This document shows positions 44,048 through 53,714 of a DNA stretch of 64,000 nucleotides, piece after piece (the first letter of the stretch is position 1; each line of letters opens with the position of its first letter). Made by a program: the position numbers and the translations under genes. Below the pieces are notes generated by a model. That model saw only the letters and a list, made by a program, of their open reading frames with translations, searched no databases and was not told the origin of the DNA. The stretch lies in contig CAZCCG010000003.1 of assembly GCA_964497535.1 (NCBI GenBank), positions 133,499 to 197,498 on the forward strand, read 5' to 3'. Source of the stretch: an uncultured Gammaproteobacteria bacterium (GTDB lineage Bacteria > Patescibacteriota > Microgenomatia > Levybacterales > UBA12049).

Positions 44048-45502
44048 ATGAGTAGTTCGCAATCAGGAGATTCTCAGAATCAAGCCAATATATCAGAAGA
44101 GTTGGGGCATATTACGCAAGAAATATACAAAAAAAATGCCGAACTTGCGCATACCAATAAAACTCTTTCGGTTCTTCGAAAACTCGATGAGATTATTTTA
44201 AGCAGTGTTACTTCACTTCATAAAGTTGCACAACAAGTAGCAGATGCTATCGTCCAAGAAGCAGAGTTCCAAGCAGTTGCGGTGTTTCTTATAAATCAGG
44301 AAGAACAATGTCTGGTAGAGCTTGCTATTTCGCAAACTGCTGCTATACAACTTGCCGAGACTGAGTTTGGGATACACTTCAAAGATCTTCGAATACCTCT
44401 TTCAGAAGAAGAAAATCTACTGGTGCAGGTAATGCGCGAAAAAACTCAAAAAGTAGGACGTGATTTATATGCTGTATATAGACCTGCTTTTACTATAGAT
44501 CAAACTGCCCGGCTGGAAGAGCTTGAACGAGTCAGGACAATATTAGTAATTCCCTTGGTAGTACGTGAACAACTGATTGGAATTATGGCAATTAGTCTGG
44601 AGCAGGAAGAAGCCAATCTAACGGATTTCCAAAGAGATTTGGTGACACGGTTAACAGGAGTAGTAGGAATTGCTATGGATAATGCCCTTCTCTATCGTCA
44701 AATAGAGCAAGCAAATGAAAAGTTGAAGCAACTTGATAGATTGAAAGATGATTTCGTTTCTCTTGCTTCTCATGAACTGCGTACTCCTATGACAGCTATT
44801 AAATCGTATTTATGGATGGCTCTTGCCGGTAAAGGAGGAGAACTTACGGAAAAACAAAAATATTACATTCATCGTTCTTATGATTCAACCGAACGGCTTA
44901 TAAAGCTGGTTAACGAAATGCTCAATGTTTCGCGTATTGAATCGGGCCGTATAACTCTCGATGTTCATGCGATTGATATGAATACACTGGTTGATGATGT
45001 TTTTGAGGAATTGAAGCCTCGAGTGCAAGAACTAGGACTTAATTTGAAAGTAGATCATATTTCCCTACCTCAAGTTTTGGCAGATACAGATAAAATAAAA
45101 GAGGTTTTGATTAACCTGATTGGGAATTCACTCAAATTCACCCCCCCGGGAGGAATGATCTCCGTAAGCTTCAAAGTAAATGCTGAAATGATCGAGACAA
45201 GTGTCTCAGACACCGGTAAAGGTATTGCACCTGAGGATATTTCTAAGTTATTCCAGAAATTCGGCATGATAGACAATAACTATTTAACAATTCAAGATGT
45301 TCGGGGAACAGGACTGGGGCTTTATATTAGTAAATCAATTATAGAACTTCTTGGGGGTAAGATTTGGGCAAAATCTGAGGGACTAGGGAAAGGGACGACA
45401 TTCACTTTCTCACTCAAACAATTTTCGGAAAAAGATAAATCAAGCTTTGATCAACAGCAGCAAGGAAAAGAAAAAATAGATATTATTCCTACACAGTTAT
45501 AA
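44048..45502 (+). CDS. cytoplasmic GAF-domain sensor histidine kinase
   Basis: GAF (IPLVVREQLIG...AMDNALLY), SHELRTPM, NLIGNSLKF, DTGKGI, GTGLGL; no TM helix. Confidence 0.93.
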   Translation: MSSSQSGDSQNQANISEELGHITQEIYKKNAELAHTNKTLSVLRKLDEIILSSVTSLHKVAQQVADAIVQEAEFQAVAVFLINQEEQCLVELAISQTAAIQLAETEFGIHFKDLRIPLSEEENLLVQVMREKTQKVGRDLYAVYRPAFTIDQTARLEELERVRTILVIPLVVREQLIGIMAISLEQEEANLTDFQRDLVTRLTGVVGIAMDNALLYRQIEQANEKLKQLDRLKDDFVSLASHELRTPMTAIKSYLWMALAGKGGELTEKQKYYIHRSYDSTERLIKLVNEMLNVSRIESGRITLDVHAIDMNTLVDDVFEELKPRVQELGLNLKVDHISLPQVLADTDKIKEVLINLIGNSLKFTPPGGMISVSFKVNAEMIETSVSDTGKGIAPEDISKLFQKFGMIDNNYLTIQDVRGTGLGLYISKSIIELLGGKIWAKSEGLGKGTTFTFSLKQFSEKDKSSFDQQQQGKEKIDIIPTQL

Positions 45503-45618
45503 ATGCCCAAATTCCCCTCTTGACAACAGATGAGTATATATGGTTTGCTAGATAAAGAGTTAAAAGATTTTAACTCTTGACAAGTAATAAAACAATTTGT
45601 TTCAATAGAAATATACCT

Positions 45619-46137
45619 ATGAATTTATTCAAATCCTTTAAATCTTCACAGTCCGGTTTTACCCTTATTGAGTTATTGGTTGTTATCGGTATTCTCGGTG
45701 TTTTGGCGGCCGCATTGGTTGCAACAATTGATCCATTTGAACAGCTGAAAAAAGCACAGGATGCCAATGTTAAAAATACTGCAGTTGAGTTTGTAAACGC
45801 AAATATTCGATACTATACAACTCACAATGCACTCCCGTGGGCAAACGGAGTTTCCAATTGTAGTTCAACCGGAAGCGTCGGTTCATCCAGTAACATCGGA
45901 TGTGTAGGCGCTCTTATTGATGATGGAGAGTTGAAGAGTGGATTTACTACCGTTTCTACGATTAATAGTGTTATCTTTACTGGCACATCCAATTCGGTAG
46001 TTGCATGTTTCCAGCCGCAATCAAAATCTCAATGGAGAGATCCCAACACCAAATATTCATCTGCTGGGATAGCAACTACAGGTTGTATCTCTCAGACCAG
46101 TGCCGGTGTTACCACCTGCTACTGGTGTGCTCAATAA
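45619..46137 (+). CDS. type IV pilin (probable major pilin)
   Basis: G/FTLIELLVVIGILGVLAA class III signal; promoter-like TTGACA hexamers upstream. Confidence 0.88.
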   Translation: MNLFKSFKSSQSGFTLIELLVVIGILGVLAAALVATIDPFEQLKKAQDANVKNTAVEFVNANIRYYTTHNALPWANGVSNCSSTGSVGSSSNIGCVGALIDDGELKSGFTTVSTINSVIFTGTSNSVVACFQPQSKSQWRDPNTKYSSAGIATTGCISQTSAGVTTCYWCAQ

Positions 46138-46144
46138 TATCTTC

Positions 46145-48166
46145 ATGCAGGCAGGCATAAAATTAATTCCCTTCTTCCTTTTATTCTTTTTGTTAGTCCT
46201 TTATATCCATAACCTTTCTCGGGATATTTACGGTGGCGATATCGGAGATTTGGTAACTGCTGCTTCTGTAGCTGGAGTTCCTCATGCTCCTGGGTATCCC
46301 TTGTTTACATTTCTGGGGTTTTTAGTAACACGATTTCAAGGGTTGGCTACCCCTGCTTTTCTGGTAGGTTTGATATCCGCATGTGCCGGTGCATTGGGAA
46401 TACTGTTTCTTTTTTTGCTTATTAAAAGGCTTACCAAAAATACTATGGTATCAGTAATTAGCTCTCTTATACTAGCTTTCTCGTATTGGTTTTGGTTATA
46501 TAGTGAATTGGCTGAGGTTTTTATTTTAAATTCATTTTTCGCAATCCTCCTTTTGTATCTTTCGCTTCGCATTCGAGAGACTCCCTCAACCAAATTATTT
46601 CTTCTCTTTAGTTTTGTGTTGGGATTATCTCTTACCCATCACCAGACGATTACCTTGATCTTCCCGACCCTCCTTTTGATTGTGCTAAAGCAACTGAAAA
46701 TATTGTGGAAGGATAAACGATTACTGCTGGGATGTTTTGTAGCCGGTTTGGTAGGTTTATCAGTTTATTTATATGTTCCTATAGCTGCCAGCCATAACCC
46801 TATCATTAATACCAATTCTGTGCATGACTTGGACTCTTTCTTGCATTTGGTATTGCGCAAGGACTATGGTACTTTCAATGCCGGTCCTTTTGTTTCATCA
46901 ATACCCATGGAAAGAATGATAGCTTTAAAGGTTTATTTATTTGATGTAGTTTCCCAACTTACATTTCCAGTAATACTTCTGAGCATTATTGGAATAGGAG
47001 CTCTCTATAAAAAGGATCAGTGGCTATGTATATCTTTTTTAACCGGGTTTTTAATAACCGGACCAATCTTTACTACCTATGCAGGGTTTCCATTGAGTAA
47101 CGCATTTCTTATCGGTGTCAGTGAGCGTTTTTATATTCTCTCCACAATTTTTATTATAATTTTTTTCCCTTTTGGTCTTTTGTACCTTACTCAAAAGCTT
47201 GGATCCTTCTTTCATAACAAATACTACACACTATGGTTCCAGGCAATATTTTTGCTTATTCCCTGTCTGCTATTTTTTTATAACTTTCCCAAAACTGATT
47301 TGTCACAGATACATATCGGGGATAATTTGGGATATGATTTGTTGAAGTCTCTCCCTCAAAACGCCGTGCTTTTGATTGAAGGAGATACCGGTGTCTACAA
47401 TACATGGTATATCCACTATGCGAAGGGATATAGAAAAGATATTGATGTTGTAAATATTAATAATTTCGTAGGAAATAGTTATTTCCGTTCCCAGGTGGAT
47501 CGATATAAAAAGGTTGTTCGAAACGGTTCAACTGCCGATCGAATGGCAATCATTATAACAAAAATTAACCAAAACCGGCCTGTTTTTTCTCATATTAAGA
47601 TACAAACAAAAAATTATCCCCTTCCCTGGATTCCCTACGGACTGGTATATAAATTATTGTTGCCTAACCAGAAACCTCCTTCTGAGCCGGAGTTTACTCT
47701 GATGACTCATACAGTGTGGAATTCAATTCAGACTCCTTATAAATCCTTGAGAAACAAAAGCGCTTTTGGGAATATAACAATTTCGGATATCCCTCCGTAT
47801 TATTCAGATGCCCTATTGGTAACCGGCTCGTATTTTCTTTCTACGTATCATAATGATAGTATGGCACAAGAGTTTTTTACTAAAGCAATGGATGTAGATC
47901 CTGCATATTATAAAAACTACGAAGTGTGGGGTGGCTATTATTTGTCCAATCATCAATGTAATCCGGCTGCAAAATATTTTATAAAGACGATTGAACTGAG
48001 GCCATATGAGAAGATTGCTTATTTTCTGCTCTATAGTGCGTATCATGAATGTTCCCACAATAATACGGCTTCAAAGCAGGTAGTTGTGGAATATCAAAAG
48101 TATTTCAATGATTCCTTTTTCAAGGAATTGAAAAGTCAAATGAAGGATATAAAAATAGCCTTGTGA
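46145..48166 (+). CDS. GT-C glycosyltransferase, DUF2723/TMEM260-like, with C-terminal TPR
   Basis: GDIGDL, GVPHAPGYPLF, AEVF, LTHH motifs; many TMs. Confidence 0.82.
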   Translation: MQAGIKLIPFFLLFFLLVLYIHNLSRDIYGGDIGDLVTAASVAGVPHAPGYPLFTFLGFLVTRFQGLATPAFLVGLISACAGALGILFLFLLIKRLTKNTMVSVISSLILAFSYWFWLYSELAEVFILNSFFAILLLYLSLRIRETPSTKLFLLFSFVLGLSLTHHQTITLIFPTLLLIVLKQLKILWKDKRLLLGCFVAGLVGLSVYLYVPIAASHNPIINTNSVHDLDSFLHLVLRKDYGTFNAGPFVSSIPMERMIALKVYLFDVVSQLTFPVILLSIIGIGALYKKDQWLCISFLTGFLITGPIFTTYAGFPLSNAFLIGVSERFYILSTIFIIIFFPFGLLYLTQKLGSFFHNKYYTLWFQAIFLLIPCLLFFYNFPKTDLSQIHIGDNLGYDLLKSLPQNAVLLIEGDTGVYNTWYIHYAKGYRKDIDVVNINNFVGNSYFRSQVDRYKKVVRNGSTADRMAIIITKINQNRPVFSHIKIQTKNYPLPWIPYGLVYKLLLPNQKPPSEPEFTLMTHTVWNSIQTPYKSLRNKSAFGNITISDIPPYYSDALLVTGSYFLSTYHNDSMAQEFFTKAMDVDPAYYKNYEVWGGYYLSNHQCNPAAKYFIKTIELRPYEKIAYFLLYSAYHECSHNNTASKQVVVEYQKYFNDSFFKELKSQMKDIKIAL

Positions 48167-48183
48167 ATGGATGAGGAAGGATT

Positions 48184-49332
48184 ATGAAACAGGTTATTAT
48201 TCTTATTATTACAGCTAAAATATCGATAGTTCTTCTTATATTTCTAGCGTATAGTCTGTTACCGTTTGGTAAAGTGTATTATTATTCGAATTTTGTATAT
48301 CCGCCAGGTGAAGAAATCAGTTTGAAGTCAGCATACAAAACGTGGGATGCACAACATTATTTATTTCTGAGTGAAAAAGGGTATAAAAAGGGAAATTTTT
48401 CAGATAGCTTTTACCCTCTCTTTCCTAATATTATACGATTTTTTGCCAGCATCTTTTATGATTCCTTCTGGGTCGGTATAGTGTTTTCTAATCTATTCTC
48501 AACTATAGCTTGTATCTATTTCTATTTATTTGTAAAAGAACGATTTCCTAAAGATGGCGTTGCGTATACTGCACTTATTTTTCTTTTGGCGTTTCCAACT
48601 GCTTTTTATTTCTCGCTAATTTACACCGAATCACTATTTTTTTTACTTGCCATCTGTTTCTTTTATTACTTATACAAAAACGATTACCGGTTAGCTGCAG
48701 TACTTGCTTTTTTTCTCCCTTGGACCCGACCCATGGGTCTTTTCATTATTATCCCATTTGCATTTTATTATATATCTCATCATAGGAGTTTACTGCATAA
48801 CCAACCCTTTCTGGATCGTAAGTTTACTATCGATAAAAATATAGTATTTCTTCTCAGTCCTGTGTGCGGTTTTCTGGGATATTTATTGTTTATGCAATTA
48901 AAAACAGGAAACCCTTTTGAAGGTTTCAGTATGCAGCAATATAATATAGCTCATTGGAGTGTTGGGAGTATTTTTTCACCGCTGCTTTTTTTGCAAAACT
49001 TTTTCTCCCATAACCTGACAATTCATGGTTTTACCAACTCAGTAATAGATAGGATATTTTTTGTTATTTTCCTGGTATCACTGCCTTTTATATACAGAAA
49101 AACTACCAAACCACTATTTTTGTATTCACTGTTTCTTGGTTTTACTCCGTTTTTAGGTAGCTTTATGTCTTATACTCGATATATGCTGGTTATTTTCCCG
49201 ATTTTTATTACTGCGGCGATTTATATTGAAAACAAAAAATATGCCGAGCTTAAATATCCTTTATTATTTTTATCTCTTATAATGCAATCCCTGTTTTTGG
49301 TTATGCATTCTCTGAATTATTGGGTGGCGTAG
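48184..49332 (+). CDS. GT-C mannosyltransferase (PIG-V-like)
   Basis: WDAQHY...GY, FYPLFP, FPTAFYFSLIYTESLF, TRPMG, SYTRY. Confidence 0.82.
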   Translation: MKQVIILIITAKISIVLLIFLAYSLLPFGKVYYYSNFVYPPGEEISLKSAYKTWDAQHYLFLSEKGYKKGNFSDSFYPLFPNIIRFFASIFYDSFWVGIVFSNLFSTIACIYFYLFVKERFPKDGVAYTALIFLLAFPTAFYFSLIYTESLFFLLAICFFYYLYKNDYRLAAVLAFFLPWTRPMGLFIIIPFAFYYISHHRSLLHNQPFLDRKFTIDKNIVFLLSPVCGFLGYLLFMQLKTGNPFEGFSMQQYNIAHWSVGSIFSPLLFLQNFFSHNLTIHGFTNSVIDRIFFVIFLVSLPFIYRKTTKPLFLYSLFLGFTPFLGSFMSYTRYMLVIFPIFITAAIYIENKKYAELKYPLLFLSLIMQSLFLVMHSLNYWVA

Positions 49333-49333
49333 T

Positions 49334-50128
49334 ATGGAAGAAATTCTTCTCACATCATTACTATTTATTATCGGAATATCCATTGGGTCATTTTTAAATG
49401 TATTGATTGACCGTGTTCCTCGAGAAGAATCAGTAGTGGCAGGACGATCTCACTGCGATTCCTGCAAAAAAACACTTCAGTGGTTTGATCTTGTTCCTCT
49501 CTTCTCATTTTTATGGCTCAGAGGAAAATGTCGTTACTGTAAGACCTCAATTGGTACTCGTACTGTTATTGTTGAATGTATCACGGGGATTTTTTTTGTG
49601 GCCACCTTTTCTACTCTTGTTCCCGGTATCGCTGCTCTAAATGGGGTGCTATTTATCGAACTTCTCTATTTTCTATTTATAATTTCATGCCTGATTGTCA
49701 TTTTCTTTTGTGATCTGAAGTATGAAATAATTCCTGATGTAGTGGTATATCCGGGTATTATCATAAGTCTTGCCTATTTACTTTTTTTGCATCCTCCTTT
49801 GCTCTTTCCTTCAATGCTTACTGCTTTGTGTATTTTTTTATTTTTTTTGGTTCTATTTCTTGTTACGAAAGGAAAAGGTATGGGATTTGGGGATGTAAAA
49901 CTGGTATTTCTCATCGGATTACTGCTTGGTTTCCCTCTGGCAATAGTAAGTATTTATATATCGTTCTTGACAGGAGCGATTATCTCTCTCATACTAATTT
50001 TATGGAGGAAAAAGAAATTTCGCGGAAACACTATCCCTTTCGGACCATTTCTCGTGTTTGGAGTTCTTATAAGCTTTTACGCAAAAGATTTACTATTAGT
50101 AATACTTCATCAGGTTTTACCCTTGTAG
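49334..50128 (+). CDS. pilD: prepilin peptidase
   Basis: GSFLNV, RSHCDSC, LRGKCRYC, GMGFGDVKL, IPFGPFL. Confidence 0.95.
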   Translation: MEEILLTSLLFIIGISIGSFLNVLIDRVPREESVVAGRSHCDSCKKTLQWFDLVPLFSFLWLRGKCRYCKTSIGTRTVIVECITGIFFVATFSTLVPGIAALNGVLFIELLYFLFIISCLIVIFFCDLKYEIIPDVVVYPGIIISLAYLLFLHPPLLFPSMLTALCIFLFFLVLFLVTKGKGMGFGDVKLVFLIGLLLGFPLAIVSIYISFLTGAIISLILILWRKKKFRGNTIPFGPFLVFGVLISFYAKDLLLVILHQVLPL

Positions 50129-50799
50129 AACTGGTAATAGATCTGGCAATATTGGCAGTTCTTATTGCATTAATCTTTATCCTGTATGATCCTATTAAGC
50201 AGCTAAATAAAGCAAAAGATTCTCAGCGTCAGCATGATTTTGAACAAATCAGAAACGCCTTGGATACCTATTATAATGATCACAATTGTTATCCTACTTC
50301 TGTTCCCTTTGGTTCGCAGTGGCAGGAAGGATCAGTAACGTACATGAGAAAAGTTCCTCAAGATGAGACATGCGGGAAAATAAATGGAGCATGTTATTCC
50401 TATATAACCGATAGCCAAAATTGGTGTCCACAATGGAATATATTATTTGGTAAAACGTTAGTTCCTCCGAAAGATCCAACTATAGCCTGTTCATTAAATG
50501 ACTCCTGTTTGCCGCAAAACTATACTCAGGAAGGATATAATGCCTGTTTTGTATCGGGCAGTGTAGATTGTGATATTGTTGGTTCAAGTATTATTGAAGT
50601 TGGGAGTCCTCCTCCTGTGTCGACTCCCACTCCCTCTCTCCCACCGGGTTTGACCCCTACAGATACACCCATACCTTCTCCTACTCCGAATTGTTCGAAA
50701 AACTATGCATGTACGGGTTTTCCTACGGAACGATGTAATGTAGTCGCGGTGGGTACCGGGACGTATTGCAGTTCTAATTGTGATGGAGCGTGCTTATGA
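50002..50799 (+). CDS. pilin-like protein with Pro/Thr linker and Cys-rich tail, overlapping pilD
   Basis: G/FTLVEL, KAKDSQRQHD, YYNDHNCYP; nearest in-frame ATG lies inside pilD. Confidence 0.75.
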   Translation: MEEKEISRKHYPFRTISRVWSSYKLLRKRFTISNTSSGFTLVELVIDLAILAVLIALIFILYDPIKQLNKAKDSQRQHDFEQIRNALDTYYNDHNCYPTSVPFGSQWQEGSVTYMRKVPQDETCGKINGACYSYITDSQNWCPQWNILFGKTLVPPKDPTIACSLNDSCLPQNYTQEGYNACFVSGSVDCDIVGSSIIEVGSPPPVSTPTPSLPPGLTPTDTPIPSPTPNCSKNYACTGFPTERCNVVAVGTGTYCSSNCDGACL

Positions 50800-51326
50800 G
50801 AAAAATTAAAGAATTCAAGATGAGTAATTTACACGTGCAACGTGGTTTTACATTGATTGAGCTTATTATAGTTACTGCTATCCTCGGAATATTGACTGCA
50901 ATAGTTATTGCAAGTCTTGATCCGCCAGCACAATATGCAAAAACCCAAGACGGCCGAAGAAAATCTGATCTTTCCCAAATACAAAGAGCTTTGGAATCCT
51001 ATTATCAGGACCATAATTACTATCCCGATAGTACCGCTAATTACCAGATTTCCGGTGCTGCCTGGGGTTCATCCGGTTTGGCTCCTTATATGACAAAAGT
51101 GCCTATAGATGCGAATCCTACCAAAACATATGCATATAAGTCGAGTGGGCATAATGGACAGTCATATTGGATCTATGTTAGTCTAGATAGAGGCGGTAAA
51201 GATCCTCAAGCATGTAATAGCGGTAATCTGTGCGCAAATGCTACCGGGATTTCTTGTGATAGAAGTGGTAGCCTTGCAAATAATATCTGTAATTACGGCG
51301 TTAGCAGTCCTGATCAATCACCATGA
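50796..51326 (+). CDS. type IV pilin-like protein
   Basis: G/FTLIEL, DGRRKSDL, YYQDHNYYP. Confidence 0.88.
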   Translation: MRKIKEFKMSNLHVQRGFTLIELIIVTAILGILTAIVIASLDPPAQYAKTQDGRRKSDLSQIQRALESYYQDHNYYPDSTANYQISGAAWGSSGLAPYMTKVPIDANPTKTYAYKSSGHNGQSYWIYVSLDRGGKDPQACNSGNLCANATGISCDRSGSLANNICNYGVSSPDQSP

Positions 51327-51823
51327 GGCGAATTTCAAAATTCAAAATTCAAAATTCAAAATTCACAGGTGGATTTACTCTTATTGAACTTCTGATTGTG
51401 GTCGCAATTATTGGAGTACTTGCTACTCTTCTTATGGCTAACTTTGTCGGGATTAGGCAACGGGCACGTGATGTACAAAGGAAGTCTGAAATTCAACAAA
51501 TACGTTCGGCATTGGAGTTGTACCGGGCAGACCAGGGTGCCTATCCCATCAATGCAACAGATTTGTATACTGGCGGAGTATGTAATGCTACTTTTTCAAG
51601 TGGATCGACGGTGTATATGAAAAAAGTTCCCTGTGATCCCTTAGGTAATGGAATGACTTTCTACGGTGGATATTACTTATATTCTTCAGATGGGAGTCAA
51701 TATACGCTGCAAGCATGTCTGGAGAATGCAAATGATAATGATACCAATGATACCGCTACGCCTGCCCTCCCCGGCCTAGGAGCATGTGCCTCAAGTAAAT
51801 ATTTCACGCTCACTAATCCATGA
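51323..51823 (+). CDS. type IV pilin-like protein (GspG-like)
   Basis: G/FTLIELLIVV, RARDVQRKSE, LELYRADQGAYP. Confidence 0.9.
   Translation: MRRISKFKIQNSKFTGGFTLIELLIVVAIIGVLATLLMANFVGIRQRARDVQRKSEIQQIRSALELYRADQGAYPINATDLYTGGVCNATFSSGSTVYMKKVPCDPLGNGMTFYGGYYLYSSDGSQYTLQACLENANDNDTNDTATPALPGLGACASSKYFTLTNP
51332..51366 (+). repeat. aattcaa heptamer x5 in a prepilin leader
   Basis: atttcaa aattcaa aattcaa aattcaa aattcac. Confidence 0.8.
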
Positions 51824-52581
51824 CACAAAGAGGATTTACTCTCATCGAACTTGTCGTTGTATTTACTATTATGGCAATCCTCTCAACCCTTGCGATTGCA
51901 TCATTTGTTAGTTATGGGCGGAGTCAGTCGTTAGAAAAAAATGCACAGGATGTATATACAACACTCATAACTGCCAGAAGTAAAGCTCAGACTCAAGTAA
52001 AACCCTCAGGTTGTACGGATTCGGATACACTTGCGGGATATCGTGTAGATTTTACTGACATTCGTGATTATAGCCTGCGGGCTCTCTGTGGGGAGAAAGC
52101 AGTACTTATATCTGCCAATCATTTATCGTCAGACACCCGCTTTGCGAATGTAACTACATTTACTTTTCAAGTATTAACCGGCACTACTCAAAATGATGGC
52201 GTTATTGTTGTACAAAATACAACCGGAGGCAAAAAAATGATAAATATATGTCCAGATGGACGAGTCATCATTGATACCCCATCAATGACACTCAGTTCGT
52301 CTTCTGTCACATCAGGCGCAACCATAAAAGTCAATTGGTGTGGAGTCTCAAATGACCTTTCAACTACCTGGATTGGTTTATATCCCCAAGGAGCAGCTGA
52401 TACCGGTTATGTAATGTGGTTATTTCTGAACAATCCCAATTGTTCCAACCAGGGAGGTAACGGTGTATGTAGCTTTCAGCTTGCTCCCGGTTTGACAACC
52501 GGTACGTATGAATTTCGCATGTTTAAAGACGGAGGGTATAGTCTCTTGACTACTTCACCACCGTTTACTTTTGGGAATTAA
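51820..52581 (+). CDS. minor pilin (FimT/GspH-like) with C-terminal Ig-like domain
   Basis: G/FTLIEL, ARSKA; tail WIGLYPQG...GTYEFRMF. Confidence 0.85.
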   Translation: MTQRGFTLIELVVVFTIMAILSTLAIASFVSYGRSQSLEKNAQDVYTTLITARSKAQTQVKPSGCTDSDTLAGYRVDFTDIRDYSLRALCGEKAVLISANHLSSDTRFANVTTFTFQVLTGTTQNDGVIVVQNTTGGKKMINICPDGRVIIDTPSMTLSSSSVTSGATIKVNWCGVSNDLSTTWIGLYPQGAADTGYVMWLFLNNPNCSNQGGNGVCSFQLAPGLTTGTYEFRMFKDGGYSLLTTSPPFTFGN

Positions 52582-52582
52582 T

Positions 52583-53059
52583 ATGATGAGAGGACAATCT
52601 TTATTAGAGGTTTTGGTTGCACTCGGGGTATCCCTTACCGTTTTGAGTGTCGTGGTACTTGCGGTTATTACTTCCTTGCAAAACAATAATGCGAGCAAAA
52701 ATCAGAATATGGCCACTCAGTATTCGCAGGAGGCAATGGAACTATTACGAAGCAGCAGAGATTCCAACTGGACAGTATTTAGTGGATTAGATGGGAATTA
52801 TTGTCTTTCCAAGGGTTCAACCACGCTTGATGCAAATGGAAGCTCATGTTCGACTGCCTGTGCAAAAAATATTGATAATTTATTTGCAAGAAAAATATGT
52901 GTTACTCCTAATTCATCATATTGTTCTACAGGTAACGCTACTGAGGTACTTGTGACGACTTCCTGGTCAGATTCAAAATGCCAATCTGCCACTGATCTTT
53001 GTCATACGGTAGAGTTAAATTCCTGTTTATCTAGTTATAATAGATTACCAACACCATGA
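52583..53059 (+). CDS. minor pilin (PilV-like)
   Basis: G/QSLLEVLVAL, SQEAMELLRS. Confidence 0.82.
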   Translation: MMRGQSLLEVLVALGVSLTVLSVVVLAVITSLQNNNASKNQNMATQYSQEAMELLRSSRDSNWTVFSGLDGNYCLSKGSTTLDANGSSCSTACAKNIDNLFARKICVTPNSSYCSTGNATEVLVTTSWSDSKCQSATDLCHTVELNSCLSSYNRLPTP

Positions 53060-53649
53060 GAGGAAATTCAAAATACAAAATTCATCTACTCGAACTATTA
53101 AGCAAAGCGTTGCAGGCGAGGAATTCAAAATTCCAAGGTGGATTTACTCTTATCGAATTGCTTGCCGTTATTTTTGTAATTGGTATAGTAGGAGGGGTCG
53201 TTTTCGCAACTACCGTTTCTTTATTGAGAGGAACCAATAAATCCAACGCCCTTACCAATATCCGCCAAAATGGAAACTATGCGGTGACCCAACTGACCAA
53301 AATTCTCCATGATGCAAAAAGAATTAATGATCCACTAACTTCGTCATGTGATGGGTCTGCTCTTACAAAAAAATCCATTACTGTAACAGGGTTTGATAAC
53401 GCACAAACAACAATCAGTTGTTCAACCGGAGCAAACGGTACCATTGCCTCCAACAGTGCTTCCCTGATCAATGCAAATAGTATTCTGGTGACAGCGTGTT
53501 CGATTTCCTGTCAGCAGGTATCGGCAGCAGACATTCCTCGAGTAACTGTTACATTTACTTTGAGTCAGCGGACCACAAATTCGTTATTTGAAAATCAGGC
53601 CAGTTCATCATTTAATGCCACTACGCAGTTGAGGAATGCTAGCCGGTAA
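53056..53649 (+). CDS. minor pilin (PilW-like)
   Basis: G/FTLIELL, IRQNGNYA; repeat-derived leader. Confidence 0.85.
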   Translation: MRGNSKYKIHLLELLSKALQARNSKFQGGFTLIELLAVIFVIGIVGGVVFATTVSLLRGTNKSNALTNIRQNGNYAVTQLTKILHDAKRINDPLTSSCDGSALTKKSITVTGFDNAQTTISCSTGANGTIASNSASLINANSILVTACSISCQQVSAADIPRVTVTFTLSQRTTNSLFENQASSSFNATTQLRNASR

Positions 53650-53714
53650 AAATCAGCCGTAACATTGACAGGATTTTTATTGGCTGTTACTCTAGTATAG
53701 AGGGTATTTTTACT

